In this document: piece by piece, positions 15,450 to 24,335 of the stretch
Numbering within the stretch: position 1 is the stretch's first letter
Layout: every line of letters starts with the position of its first letter
Source of the DNA: a virus
Virus record (IMG/VR): IMGVR_UViG_3300045988_109867
Span: 1 to 44,492 of that record
Strand: one strand, 5' to 3'
Length of the DNA: 44,492 bases
Position numbers and translations under genes: made by a program
The notes under the pieces: generated by a model
What the model was told of the DNA's origin: nothing
Seen by the model: only the letters and a program-made list of their open reading frames with translations
Database searches by the model: none

Positions 15450-16826
15450 TCAGTAGACTCCTACAAATTGGCTTAACTTTTTAAATCCTCTACCGCCTAC
15501 ATACCTTCTAGATAGTAGACTTGCACCTTGTCTTATCCCTTCTTCTACACTGGAATTCCAATAACCTACAATCCCAAGAAATTGGTTTCTGCCATCTGTA
15601 GCCATTGCGGAAGTTCCACCGCCAGATTCTTGGTAGCAAATCCCCGCCCATAAAGCTGGATGTATTTTATAAGCATTACACCATTTTAAAACTAGATGCC
15701 CTTTGCCTTTTAATATACCTCTTAGAACTCTATTTATATTTTCGGCGGTAACTCCATGGTTAAAACTTGCTCCAGCACTTACTGTTCCACAATTTACATT
15801 TAAAGCATCCGTTCCTGTTTCTTCTACTTTGTTAGGGTCATCTTCTTGTCCTGCTCTTTCTTCATGTGCCTGGTTTAAAAAATTTAATTGCATTGTTGTA
15901 TCATGTAGCCCACCATAAAAATGGTGTGTTACTTTATCTATATAGAAATCTGCAATTGGTGCATTTAAAGATTCGGATAAGTGCACTTTAGCGCCGCATT
16001 GGCAGTCCCAATTACCTATACCTGTAATTTCTATTTCTCTTTCCATACTTTCTACTAGCTTAGGTTTATTTTCTTCATCCCCGCTATCTCTTGCTAATCT
16101 ATTGTAGTATTCTATTAAACCTTTATTATCTTTAATAGACATTAGGTTTCCGTTTTTATCATAAACTGCTATAGAGTTTACTATATTTTCGGATTTGTAG
16201 CTTTGTTTTAATCCAGACATATTTTTACAGTTATATTCTACTTTTAAAGCATACCCTCTATTTTGTACAGAAACTTTATTAAGTCTAGATTCTAGCTCAA
16301 ATTTTTGTTTTGTTTTATCTTCCGCAAGTGTTAAAAGTGTCTGTATTACCTTTAAGACATCTGTATCTCTAAAATATCTAGTAACCTTAACACCTTTAAG
16401 CTTTTCACTTACATATCCATATTCCAACCTATGTTCCTTTACTAAAGATTTAATAGTAGAATATACATCTACATCTATCATATTTCTAGAAATCTTACAT
16501 TTACTTAAATTAAATAAGGAGTCTTTAACAATAACATCAGAAACTCCACTTTCATTCGAACTTAAAGAAACAACGCTACCTCTGTATATTTCTTTAAAAT
16601 CTTCTTCTCCCATGTATTTTATATATACACAAAATGTACTACCTTGTCCTAATCTAAATGTATTATTTGCTTTAGACATTCTTTCTGTAAAAATTTGTGT
16701 AGTTAATGTTTTGGATGGAGAATCCGTAGAAGATGTTATTTTTATTCCACCTATTGCATTTGTAATGTTGTAATGGTCCTGTGTACCAGCATTTCTTACA
16801 TTTACTTTAACTTCGCACGTTCTCAT
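15450..16826 (-). CDS. XkdQ/late-control-D-like baseplate protein with a C-terminal glucosaminidase (GH73)-like domain; ends at a TGA in UGA-C context
   Basis: 458 aa. The C-terminus ICYQESGGGTSAMATDGRNQFLGIVG resembles the glucosaminidase ESGWG...N.FGI motif. The stop context is TAC TGA CAG. Confidence 0.8.
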   Translation of the reverse strand: MRTCEVKVNVRNAGTQDHYNITNAIGGIKITSSTDSPSKTLTTQIFTERMSKANNTFRLGQGSTFCVYIKYMGEEDFKEIYRGSVVSLSSNESGVSDVIVKDSLFNLSKCKISRNMIDVDVYSTIKSLVKEHRLEYGYVSEKLKGVKVTRYFRDTDVLKVIQTLLTLAEDKTKQKFELESRLNKVSVQNRGYALKVEYNCKNMSGLKQSYKSENIVNSIAVYDKNGNLMSIKDNKGLIEYYNRLARDSGDEENKPKLVESMEREIEITGIGNWDCQCGAKVHLSESLNAPIADFYIDKVTHHFYGGLHDTTMQLNFLNQAHEERAGQEDDPNKVEETGTDALNVNCGTVSAGASFNHGVTAENINRVLRGILKGKGHLVLKWCNAYKIHPALWAGICYQESGGGTSAMATDGRNQFLGIVGYWNSSVEEGIRQGASLLSRRYVGGRGFKKLSQFVGVY

Positions 16827-16843
16827 TTTTTATTTACCACCTC

Positions 16844-17929
16844 CTACGGAATTAATAATTTCCAACCAACATATATTACATTACTATTTTTTAACTTTGG
16901 ATAATTAGCTATATTTTCAGGATGGTTTTTTATTTTAGGGTATTCACTACCTTTTTTATAATATTTTTCGGCTATATCATATAAATTGTCATTTTTTTTG
17001 ACTGTATGATACCTTTTCTTACTATCTGTACCAGTTTCTTTTTTTCCAAAGTTCCTTATTACTCTAACGTGGTGTCCACTTACAAACCCCGTTACTTTGT
17101 CTATCTTTACTTTAAACCAACCGTTCTGTTCTTCTGCAAACTCTACAATAGTCCCTTTTGGTAAATCTTTTAAAGTTTTACTTAGTATATCTGGTTTTTC
17201 TTTAAGTTTGGTATTTTCTTGTACTTCCATTGTTTTTATATTAAAGTTTTTTATAAACTCTAAGCCAGCACTAGTACAGTATCCAGTAATATCTTTATAC
17301 TTAACTTTTATCCACCCGTCTTTTTCGGAAATGTATTCTACTCTAGTTCCTTTGTTAAGTTCTATTAGCTTCTTACTTAATACACTTGCTTCTTCTCTTA
17401 TTGGGATCCTATCTGTAACAACATTCATTTCCGTATCTTTGCCAGCACTGGTTAATACTTTATTGGAATTTACATTATTCTTTTCGGGGTTCCAACTTAA
17501 AAATTTAGGGTCATTCCTTTCTATTAGCTCAAAATCTATTATTAAATCAAACGTTTTGTCCTCCACCTTTGGATGCATTTTTTCTACATAACAGTCTATA
17601 CTTAAGCTTGGATTGGTTAATGTTAGTGTAAGTTTATGTTGTTTCTTTATATATTCATCTATTTTTTTGTAGAAAACCATTCCGTCAACTGCATCCGAAT
17701 AACTTCTGTCTGTTGTTGGAAATTCTATAGAAAATCCAAACCCTTCTAGGTCATACCCCGCATAGGAACTAAATTGTTTACCATTTACAGAATCATACGT
17801 TTTTATATTGTAGCTTTTCCCAAAATGGAAAGGTGGGACATATGGGAAGTATAATGTATCTACTACACTACCTGTCTTTATATCTGTAACAGTAAAATAC
17901 ATTTTTCTATCTGTTTCTACATTTGCCAT
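16844..17929 (-). CDS. LysM-domain tail protein (XkdP-like) with two SH3-like repeats
   Basis: C-terminal LysM YHTVKKNDNLYDIAEKYY...VGWKLLIP. Two GW(I/F)KVK...TG(Y/F) repeats. Confidence 0.8.
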   Translation of the reverse strand: MANVETDRKMYFTVTDIKTGSVVDTLYFPYVPPFHFGKSYNIKTYDSVNGKQFSSYAGYDLEGFGFSIEFPTTDRSYSDAVDGMVFYKKIDEYIKKQHKLTLTLTNPSLSIDCYVEKMHPKVEDKTFDLIIDFELIERNDPKFLSWNPEKNNVNSNKVLTSAGKDTEMNVVTDRIPIREEASVLSKKLIELNKGTRVEYISEKDGWIKVKYKDITGYCTSAGLEFIKNFNIKTMEVQENTKLKEKPDILSKTLKDLPKGTIVEFAEEQNGWFKVKIDKVTGFVSGHHVRVIRNFGKKETGTDSKKRYHTVKKNDNLYDIAEKYYKKGSEYPKIKNHPENIANYPKLKNSNVIYVGWKLLIP

Positions 17930-17943
17930 TTGTCCACCTCCTT

Positions 17944-20493
17944 TTATGCAAATTTAAGATGTCTAGCTATGGTTCTTGCTACATCTTCTACATCTAAACT
18001 ATTGTCCATTTTTGCGTTTATGTTTATGTGGTTTACTACATTAGTAGAATTTCCGCCTAATCTTCCATATCTTAATTTGTCTGCTTGTCTTTTTGTAAGT
18101 ACCATTTCGTCTTTGTGGAGATTTGCCACAAAGTTATCCCTTGGAACCCTTGGCAATCCTGTATCGAAGGACCCGTCCAAAGCTCCACCTATAACATTTT
18201 TTGTAATGCTTATTACTCCAGATATTCCAGAGCTTAACTTATTTTTTAACCTATCCCATGTTTTACTTATGCTTTCTGCTGCGTTTTTAAAGGAATCCCA
18301 AATCATACCCACTTTACCATTTATCTTTGTTCTTAGCCTAGTTGTAACGTCTTGCCATTTATTTCTAACAGAATGGTAGCCTTGTTCAAAGGCGGTTTTT
18401 AACATATCTACTTTACCTCTTACAGTTTGTCCTAAGGTAGACTTTATATTCCCCCACTTTTCTGCAACCCAACCTTGTGCATTAGACATTGTTTGGTTTA
18501 TTAGGTCCCCCAGGTGGAATATAGGGTAATCTGGTATTTCTGCGTTTAATTGTGCATCTAAATTGTTAAATACTTCTGTTATTTTATTTCCAACATCTCC
18601 AAGATTAAAATCTCTTATTTTCTCATCTAGGTGGAATATAGGGTAATCTGGTATTATATCTCTTAAAGTTTTGTCAAATTCCAAAACCTTATCTCTATTT
18701 TGGTCCATATATGTTGCAAACATTGTTACTGCACCTAGTCCAGCTATAAACTTTGTAGAGTCTTTTAGTAGTTCTGTCCCCCCTATATCCCTAGCTTTTG
18801 GTGTTTTTGTTCCTCTAGAAGTTTTTTGTGTTTTTGTTCCTTTTTCTTTTGTTGTAAAATTTTTCTCGCCCCAAGGGTTTATTTTTTCTATCCCACTGGA
18901 AATATTTCTTCCTATGGATTCTCCTATCCCTTTTCCTAGTGTTTTTAATTTACCTAGGCTTTTCTTAAACTTGCCAGCTTTAACTTCTCCTAATTCTATT
19001 TCTGGCAAATCTTCTTTATCTATCTTTCCTTTTTTGCCAAGCTTAAATGCCTTTTTAAGCATCTTCTGTTGCTTTTGGCTTAGCTTGTCCCAATCTATTC
19101 CATCTTCTCCTATTTCCTTTGTTAGCTTCTTTAGGTCTTTTACTGTTTTATATAAGCCGTCTGCTCTATATCTTTGGAATTTGGATATTGTTTCGAATAA
19201 ACTTCCTAGACTTTTTGCTCCCTTGCCTACAACTTTCATGCCCGCAAAGGCTGCAACAAGCTTTGGAAGTAGCTTAACCACTTCTGCTAAAACTGCCTTA
19301 CCTTTTTCCGAATTTGCAAATGCTTTTACTTTATCTCCTAACTTTTCTAAAGAGTTTGCCCACCCTTCTACAGTCTTTATAACCTCTGGATTTTTAGCTA
19401 AGGCATCTCCTATGTCTAAAACCATGTTAGATAAACTTGCTTTCATTCTGTCAAAAATTTTAGTTAACGGTGCTATTGTTTCTGCAAAGTTTTTAAAAGC
19501 ATTTCCAGAATCTTGTATTTTCTTTTTGTTTTCATCAAGTTTTCCTTCTTCCGCAGAATCTAGCAAGGCCTTGAATCTAGAAGAATGTTCTACACCTGCA
19601 ACTTCTTTAGCAAAATTCAACTTTTCATTGTTGCTTAGCTTTTTGTAGGCGTCTGAATTTGCAACTTCGTTTACAATATCGTAAAAGTCCTTGGCTTCCC
19701 CCTTGGAGTTTTTAAGGGATACTCCTAGTCCTTCTATAGCTTTTGCTCCTTTACCGCTATTATCCATTACCTTAGATATTGTAGAGTTTAGCATTGTACC
19801 TGCTTCTGCTCCGTTAAGTCCCTTTTGTGCTAAGGAAGCAATTATTGCTTGGTATTTATTTGCATCTGGGACTGCTGCTTTAAATATTGCTCCGGACTTC
19901 TGTATTGTTTGGAAGTTATCTGCAAGTGTCTGGTTGGAAATATTGGCAGATACAGTAGCTTTATCTAAAAATTTATCTACATCTTTGTATGCTACTCCTA
20001 CAGAGTTAAGTGTATTTACTATTTCTCCACCTACCGCTGCATAGTCTCTTTCTCCTAAAATACGTCCTACATTAACACTTGCTCCGGCTATCTTGTCTAA
20101 TTCTTTTACACCTACACCAGCCTGTCCTAACTGTCTATACAAATTAGCCATATCTACTCTGGCAATACCAGTTTGTTTCCCAGTTCTTTCTATAGAGTCT
20201 TTTAGTTTATCTATACCATTTTTAGAAAGATTAGACATTACTGCTAGTTTGTTTATTTCTGTATTATAGTTACTTGCCATTTTGGAAGCATATAGGAGTC
20301 CACCAGCTAATGCAGTTGTTCCTGTTAAACCTTTAGTTCCCATGCTATCTAAGACACCGCCGAATTTATTCATTTTGTCGGCTCGCTTCCCCCAAACATG
20401 GCTAGATCTATACAGTTCATTATCTATTTTTTTTAGTTTTTCAGAGACCTTGTCCACCAGTTCCAAGGTCATTTTAGATTTTTTTTCTGCCAT
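17944..20493 (-). CDS. tail tape measure protein
   Basis: 849 aa, helical and Ala/Lys-rich. Lies after the chaperone gene. Contains an internal IPDYPIFHL duplication. Confidence 0.9.
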   Translation of the reverse strand: MAEKKSKMTLELVDKVSEKLKKIDNELYRSSHVWGKRADKMNKFGGVLDSMGTKGLTGTTALAGGLLYASKMASNYNTEINKLAVMSNLSKNGIDKLKDSIERTGKQTGIARVDMANLYRQLGQAGVGVKELDKIAGASVNVGRILGERDYAAVGGEIVNTLNSVGVAYKDVDKFLDKATVSANISNQTLADNFQTIQKSGAIFKAAVPDANKYQAIIASLAQKGLNGAEAGTMLNSTISKVMDNSGKGAKAIEGLGVSLKNSKGEAKDFYDIVNEVANSDAYKKLSNNEKLNFAKEVAGVEHSSRFKALLDSAEEGKLDENKKKIQDSGNAFKNFAETIAPLTKIFDRMKASLSNMVLDIGDALAKNPEVIKTVEGWANSLEKLGDKVKAFANSEKGKAVLAEVVKLLPKLVAAFAGMKVVGKGAKSLGSLFETISKFQRYRADGLYKTVKDLKKLTKEIGEDGIDWDKLSQKQQKMLKKAFKLGKKGKIDKEDLPEIELGEVKAGKFKKSLGKLKTLGKGIGESIGRNISSGIEKINPWGEKNFTTKEKGTKTQKTSRGTKTPKARDIGGTELLKDSTKFIAGLGAVTMFATYMDQNRDKVLEFDKTLRDIIPDYPIFHLDEKIRDFNLGDVGNKITEVFNNLDAQLNAEIPDYPIFHLGDLINQTMSNAQGWVAEKWGNIKSTLGQTVRGKVDMLKTAFEQGYHSVRNKWQDVTTRLRTKINGKVGMIWDSFKNAAESISKTWDRLKNKLSSGISGVISITKNVIGGALDGSFDTGLPRVPRDNFVANLHKDEMVLTKRQADKLRYGRLGGNSTNVVNHININAKMDNSLDVEDVARTIARHLKFA

Positions 20494-20505
20494 GGTTTCT
20501 CCTTT

Positions 20506-20673
20506 CTAATTTTCTTTAGCTTCTTCTACATCTTCTATATTTTGTAAAATAAAGGCATCCGTTAAAATTGCTTCTTGGTAGTTTAATTTTAAAGACTCCG
20601 AAGGTAGAATGTTTTTATCTCTAAACAAAATATATGCTCTTGTAATTGTAGGTGCACTCCAAATTATTTTTTT
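20506..20673 (-). CDS. -1 frame extension of the tail assembly chaperone (gpG/gpGT-type programmed frameshift product)
   Basis: Slippery A AAA AAA run (20667-20673) lies immediately before stop TAA 20664-20666. The -1 frame stays open for 53 codons (IIWSAPTITRAY...EDVEEAKEN*) and ends at TAG 20506, just before the tape-measure SD. Confidence 0.6.
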   Translation of the reverse strand, partial: KKIIWSAPTITRAYILFRDKNILPSESLKLNYQEAILTDAFILQNIEDVEEAKEN

Positions 20674-21080
20674 GAGAAACCCACTTCTTCTTTTCTGTTT
20701 GCGATTTCGTCTACTCCCCTTTTAGATAAGTCATATATGAAATTGCTTAGTTCTGTTATTTCATCTTCTGTTAAAATTTTTGGTACCAACTCCTGTGGTT
20801 CTGCACATCCAAACTTTTTAAGTAGCTGTGCATTTGCAAATATTGTAGGGCAACCTCTGTATATTAATTTTACATTGGCCATAAATTCATTGGTTCTTAT
20901 TTCCTTGTCTGGAGTTAGGATTACTGCTTCTTCTTTTAACAGTGCCAATGTTTCCGTTTCTAACTCTGTGCAAGGGAACTCCAATTCTTCTCCAAGCTTC
21001 TTACAAAGCATTTTCTTAGTTCCTGTCTTTTTCTGTAAAACTGTTGCATCTAAATTTAATAATTTCTCTAATGTATTCAT
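20664..21080 (-). CDS. tail assembly chaperone (XkdN-like)
   Basis: 138 aa, between the tube and tape-measure genes. Confidence 0.75.
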   Translation of the reverse strand: MNTLEKLLNLDATVLQKKTGTKKMLCKKLGEELEFPCTELETETLALLKEEAVILTPDKEIRTNEFMANVKLIYRGCPTIFANAQLLKKFGCAEPQELVPKILTEDEITELSNFIYDLSKRGVDEIANRKEEVGFSKK

Positions 21081-21155
21081 ATTTTTTCTCCTTTTAAATT
21101 AGTATCAAAGGGACAGTTTAAATAACTATCCCTTTCTTATATTTTTATTTGTTTT

Positions 21156-21590
21156 TTATTCTATATGTGATAAAACATCATATTTTGTAAAAGTGAACGG
21201 TACCTTTTCTTCCAGTACTTCTTTAGTCATCCATGCAGCTAAAGTTGCTTGCTTTAGAACTGCGTCATATACAACCACTCGTTCCTCTCCTAATGCAGAT
21301 GGGTCATTCAGGGCTCCTACAATCTTTACTACTGTAGCTTTCCCTTCCTTTAAATTATCTACAACCATCTTCATCAGTTTAGATGTTCTCTTGTTTAAAG
21401 TTATTTCTCCCGTTCCTTCATATCCTGTTAACTTTTCATGCTTCGCAAAACTGTTTAGGATATTTACATCTGAAAACTGTGGTGTAAGCTCTATTGTAAG
21501 CCCTTTGGCTTCTACATATTCTACGTCATTTATCCATACTCGGGCGTGTGTGCCGACTATGACTTCTTGTGCGTTAAACGTATTATTCAT
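21156..21590 (-). CDS. tail tube protein (XkdM-like)
   Basis: 144 aa, directly after the sheath gene. Confidence 0.8.
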   Translation of the reverse strand: MNNTFNAQEVIVGTHARVWINDVEYVEAKGLTIELTPQFSDVNILNSFAKHEKLTGYEGTGEITLNKRTSKLMKMVVDNLKEGKATVVKIVGALNDPSALGEERVVVYDAVLKQATLAAWMTKEVLEEKVPFTFTKYDVLSHIE

Positions 21591-21605
21591 CTTCTACCGC
21601 CTTTC

Positions 21606-22709
21606 CTAATAGTTAATTTCTATAAATACATCTTCCATTGCATCTGCAAATCTTAAATTAGCTTCCAGGAATACAAATGTAGATGTGTTAGCACTTCTTA
21701 TTTCCTTTTCTGTCATAGAATCTACATCCACTCCATGTTCGTTTAAGAATTTTTTCTGTGCTGCAAGGTCTATGTCTATACTAGATTCATTTGCATGTAA
21801 TATTCCTATTCTTTCTAGCTCCAAGAAATATTCATTAATGCTTGTAATAAGCAGCATTTTCCCATCTATTGTGTTTGGAACCTTGCCTATATATCTTTCA
21901 TTTACTATTTCTTTTATTTGTTTCTTTATTATGTTCATTTTGGCAACAGTCGATATTTTTTTAAGTTCTTCTGATTTTTCCTTAATATTCGTAAGGGAAT
22001 TGACTGCTCTTCCAAATCTTACTTTCTCCCAATCTGTAAATAGTACAAGCTTTCCTGCTTCTATATCTGCGTCCAATTCCGACTTAGATCTTGCTGGTAT
22101 GCTCTCTACGTCCGATAGAACATAGTTAGTTATACTTTGTGTAAGTGGAGTTCCGGCTAAAAAAGAAGCTACCCTTGCTGTAAACAAGTCTTTGGATAAC
22201 TTCACATTTTTTTCTCCTGCAATTTCTGTAACTACAATGTTATCTGTTGCAAAATTTATAAAATATTCTAGGTCTGCTGTAGTAGTTCCAACTACTTGTG
22301 CTTCCCCTTTTTTGTTGTATTCTTCTATAAAAGTCTTTAGATTAGTTCCCTTTGCAGTAGCATGCTCTGGTGCACATAAGAATTCGAACTGCACCGTATT
22401 AAATAAATCTAATACTGTTTCAAAATCCGTATCATCATTTTTTGTCACACCGACTATAACCTCATATGGACTGCTTATATTTCCTCTAAATGCCAGGTCT
22501 AGGCACTTTTTAGAATCTTCTGTTAGTGTTATTGTCTTTTCTTTAAGCACTCTCTCTGCTTCTTCTTTATTTTTAAACTTAAATAATTCTGCAACTGGAG
22601 TTTCACTTTCCTGTTGCTTTAGGATTATTGCTACTGTTCCTCTAGCTAATAGGTTTTTAGTCTTTTCTGCACGCTTTTTAAACGTTATTTTTACTTCTTG
22701 TAATCCCAT
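21606..22709 (-). CDS. contractile tail sheath protein (XkdK-like)
   Basis: 367 aa. Position before the tube gene. SD GGAGG. Confidence 0.8.
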   Translation of the reverse strand: MGLQEVKITFKKRAEKTKNLLARGTVAIILKQQESETPVAELFKFKNKEEAERVLKEKTITLTEDSKKCLDLAFRGNISSPYEVIVGVTKNDDTDFETVLDLFNTVQFEFLCAPEHATAKGTNLKTFIEEYNKKGEAQVVGTTTADLEYFINFATDNIVVTEIAGEKNVKLSKDLFTARVASFLAGTPLTQSITNYVLSDVESIPARSKSELDADIEAGKLVLFTDWEKVRFGRAVNSLTNIKEKSEELKKISTVAKMNIIKKQIKEIVNERYIGKVPNTIDGKMLLITSINEYFLELERIGILHANESSIDIDLAAQKKFLNEHGVDVDSMTEKEIRSANTSTFVFLEANLRFADAMEDVFIEINY

Positions 22710-23125
22710 TCTTTACCTCCATTTCTAATGGTAACTTCTTGTATACTTTCTGCAGTTTCTTTTGTATACGTTATGTATCTAAGTGTTAACTCGCATAGGC
22801 TGTAACAACTATCTGTATCTATTTCATGTTCCTTGTTAAAAATACAGATGTATCCCAGTTCCGTTTTTAAAGTATTTTTAAATAAATGTAATAATTCTTC
22901 TGTCTTTTCAAATAAAAATATTTCATCTCTGTTGGGTGTATGTAGTAGAATCCTTACAGATATCCAGTGTTCGCAACGTCTTTCGCTTGTATACTCCGAC
23001 CTTACTATGTTGTAATCTGTAAAAACGCAAGGTTTCCCATGTGGTTTGTCTACATACCTTCCCATAAGTTCCATATCTAGGGTTAACAGTGCATTGTTTA
23101 TTGCTTTTTTTATTTCTTTTAACAC
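22691..23125 (-). CDS. tail completion/terminator-like protein
   Basis: 144 aa, between the head-tail joining genes and the sheath. Assigned by position only. Confidence 0.6.
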   Translation of the reverse strand: MLKEIKKAINNALLTLDMELMGRYVDKPHGKPCVFTDYNIVRSEYTSERRCEHWISVRILLHTPNRDEIFLFEKTEELLHLFKNTLKTELGYICIFNKEHEIDTDSCYSLCELTLRYITYTKETAESIQEVTIRNGGKEWDYKK

Positions 23126-23140
23126 CTGTTATCCCCTCCC

Positions 23141-23629
23141 TTACAATCCATACATTCCAAGCAACTTAGATATAAACTCATCTGCGTTTTTTGTATAACT
23201 TTCCGACACAACCTCCGACACAACCTCGAACGGCTTGTATCCTCTTACAAATCCAACTATATGTCCGCTTTTTGTTCTGGTAACACCATTTTTATCTACA
23301 AATCTTTTCTTTTTTGGTGGTTTAGGTCCGCCTAAGACAAGTAGATGTCCATCTTCTAGTAGGTGTAAAACTGGGTTATAAGCATAAATTTCTGTAATTA
23401 ATTTCCCACTTCTAACCCTTGTCTTTCCACGTCTCCAAGATTTATAGGTTTTTCCAGATGCGTTATGGTTTTCTTTAAAGTATTCTCTAAATTCTTTTCT
23501 TCCTTTTTTACCTTCTTCTGTTAGAAATTGTTTTGTTTCCTTGCTATACTCCGTTGCCAGCTTGTTTATAGCTTCTGTCCATTCTTCCCATTTGGGATCT
23601 ATCTTAAATTTAATTTGCAATCTAACCAC
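23141..23629 (-). CDS. HK97 gp10-like head-tail joining protein
   Basis: 162 aa, size and position typical. Confidence 0.7.
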   Translation of the reverse strand: MVRLQIKFKIDPKWEEWTEAINKLATEYSKETKQFLTEEGKKGRKEFREYFKENHNASGKTYKSWRRGKTRVRSGKLITEIYAYNPVLHLLEDGHLLVLGGPKPPKKKRFVDKNGVTRTKSGHIVGFVRGYKPFEVVSEVVSESYTKNADEFISKLLGMYGL

Positions 23630-23987
23630 CTACCTTAGATAGGTCTAAATCTGTTGTTTGGCATACATACTTTACAGTGTCATTTGCTTGGTATAGGTCC
23701 ATTTCTAGTACCTTGTAACACTGCCCGTCTATAACTATGTACTGTACTTCTGTGCAGAATTTATACTTACGCATTGTAACTGTAAACACGAATACATCCT
23801 CTGAGGCTCTTTCAAACCCATTTTCCAATTTGCTTTTATCTGTTCTTGTCTTTTTAAAGCCATTGCTTTTAATGTTGCACCAATAGGTGCCTATTTTCTG
23901 GTATCCCTCACATAGCTCATGGAACTCATTTTTAAACGTTGTATGTTTAATTAAAGTTGCACGATGTTTTAAAAAACCACAGTCCAC
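23622..23987 (-). CDS. head closure / head-tail adaptor protein
   Basis: 121 aa. GTG start with SD GGAGGTG. Position typical. Confidence 0.7.
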   Translation of the reverse strand: MDCGFLKHRATLIKHTTFKNEFHELCEGYQKIGTYWCNIKSNGFKKTRTDKSKLENGFERASEDVFVFTVTMRKYKFCTEVQYIVIDGQCYKVLEMDLYQANDTVKYVCQTTDLDLSKVGG

Positions 23988-24005
23988 AATCTCACCTCCT
24001 GCACT

Positions 24006-24030
24006 AAAAAAGGTGGTATTAAAACCACCC
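24006..24030 (-). terminator. intra-operon terminator/attenuator after the capsid and connector genes
   Basis: On the minus strand, GGGUGGU-UUUAAU-ACCACCU is followed by U6. Lies between 24032 (stop) and 23987 (next start). Confidence 0.5.
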
Positions 24031-24031
24031 T

Positions 24032-24325
24032 TTAAACTATTACATCTTCTAATTGGATCTGTTGTATCATTGCTGTTACAACATGCGATACTTCATTATA
24101 TTTTTCATATCTCGAATATTGCCTACTATCATACCAGTCGGCTATCAAAAATAGCATAATATGTTCGGCTTTATTCTCAAATAGCTTATCTTTGCACTTT
24201 TCTTCAAAGTTGTCGATGGCTCCTTTTACATAAGAGTAAGCAGATTCCATAAGCATTTTTATTAACTCATCATCCTCGTCTACATCTACTCTTATGTAAT
24301 TTTTAACTCTGCTTAACTCTAACAT
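24032..24325 (-). CDS. gp6-like head-tail connector protein
   Basis: The N-terminus LELSRVKNYIRVDVDEDDELIKMLMESAYSYV is typical of this family. Confidence 0.75.
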   Translation of the reverse strand: MLELSRVKNYIRVDVDEDDELIKMLMESAYSYVKGAIDNFEEKCKDKLFENKAEHIMLFLIADWYDSRQYSRYEKYNEVSHVVTAMIQQIQLEDVIV

Positions 24326-24335
24326 TTATATCCCC

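Noticed and set aside
15450-15452. Genome-wide TGA reassignment (code 4/25-type recoding), or selenocysteine, as the explanation for the in-frame TGA
   Set aside because: TGA clearly terminates two other genes (4469 and 32928), each followed by a backup stop and the next gene's SD and start. No tRNA gene is visible in the element, and I could not see a SECIS-like hairpin directly downstream. A local readthrough event or a mutation is more parsimonious.
18671-19648. Long plus-strand ORF (325 aa), together with the many other plus-strand ORFs between 3525 and 43262 listed in the track
   Set aside because: All lie antisense to clearly assignable minus-strand genes (here the tape measure). Their translations are Ser/Leu/Phe/Ile-rich low-complexity strings typical of the reverse strand of A/T-rich coding DNA, and they lack SD sites.
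21107-21135. Hairpin AAAGGGA-N15-TCCCTTT after the tube gene, as a terminator
   Set aside because: It has a large loop and only three U residues after the stem on the coding strand, which is too weak to call.
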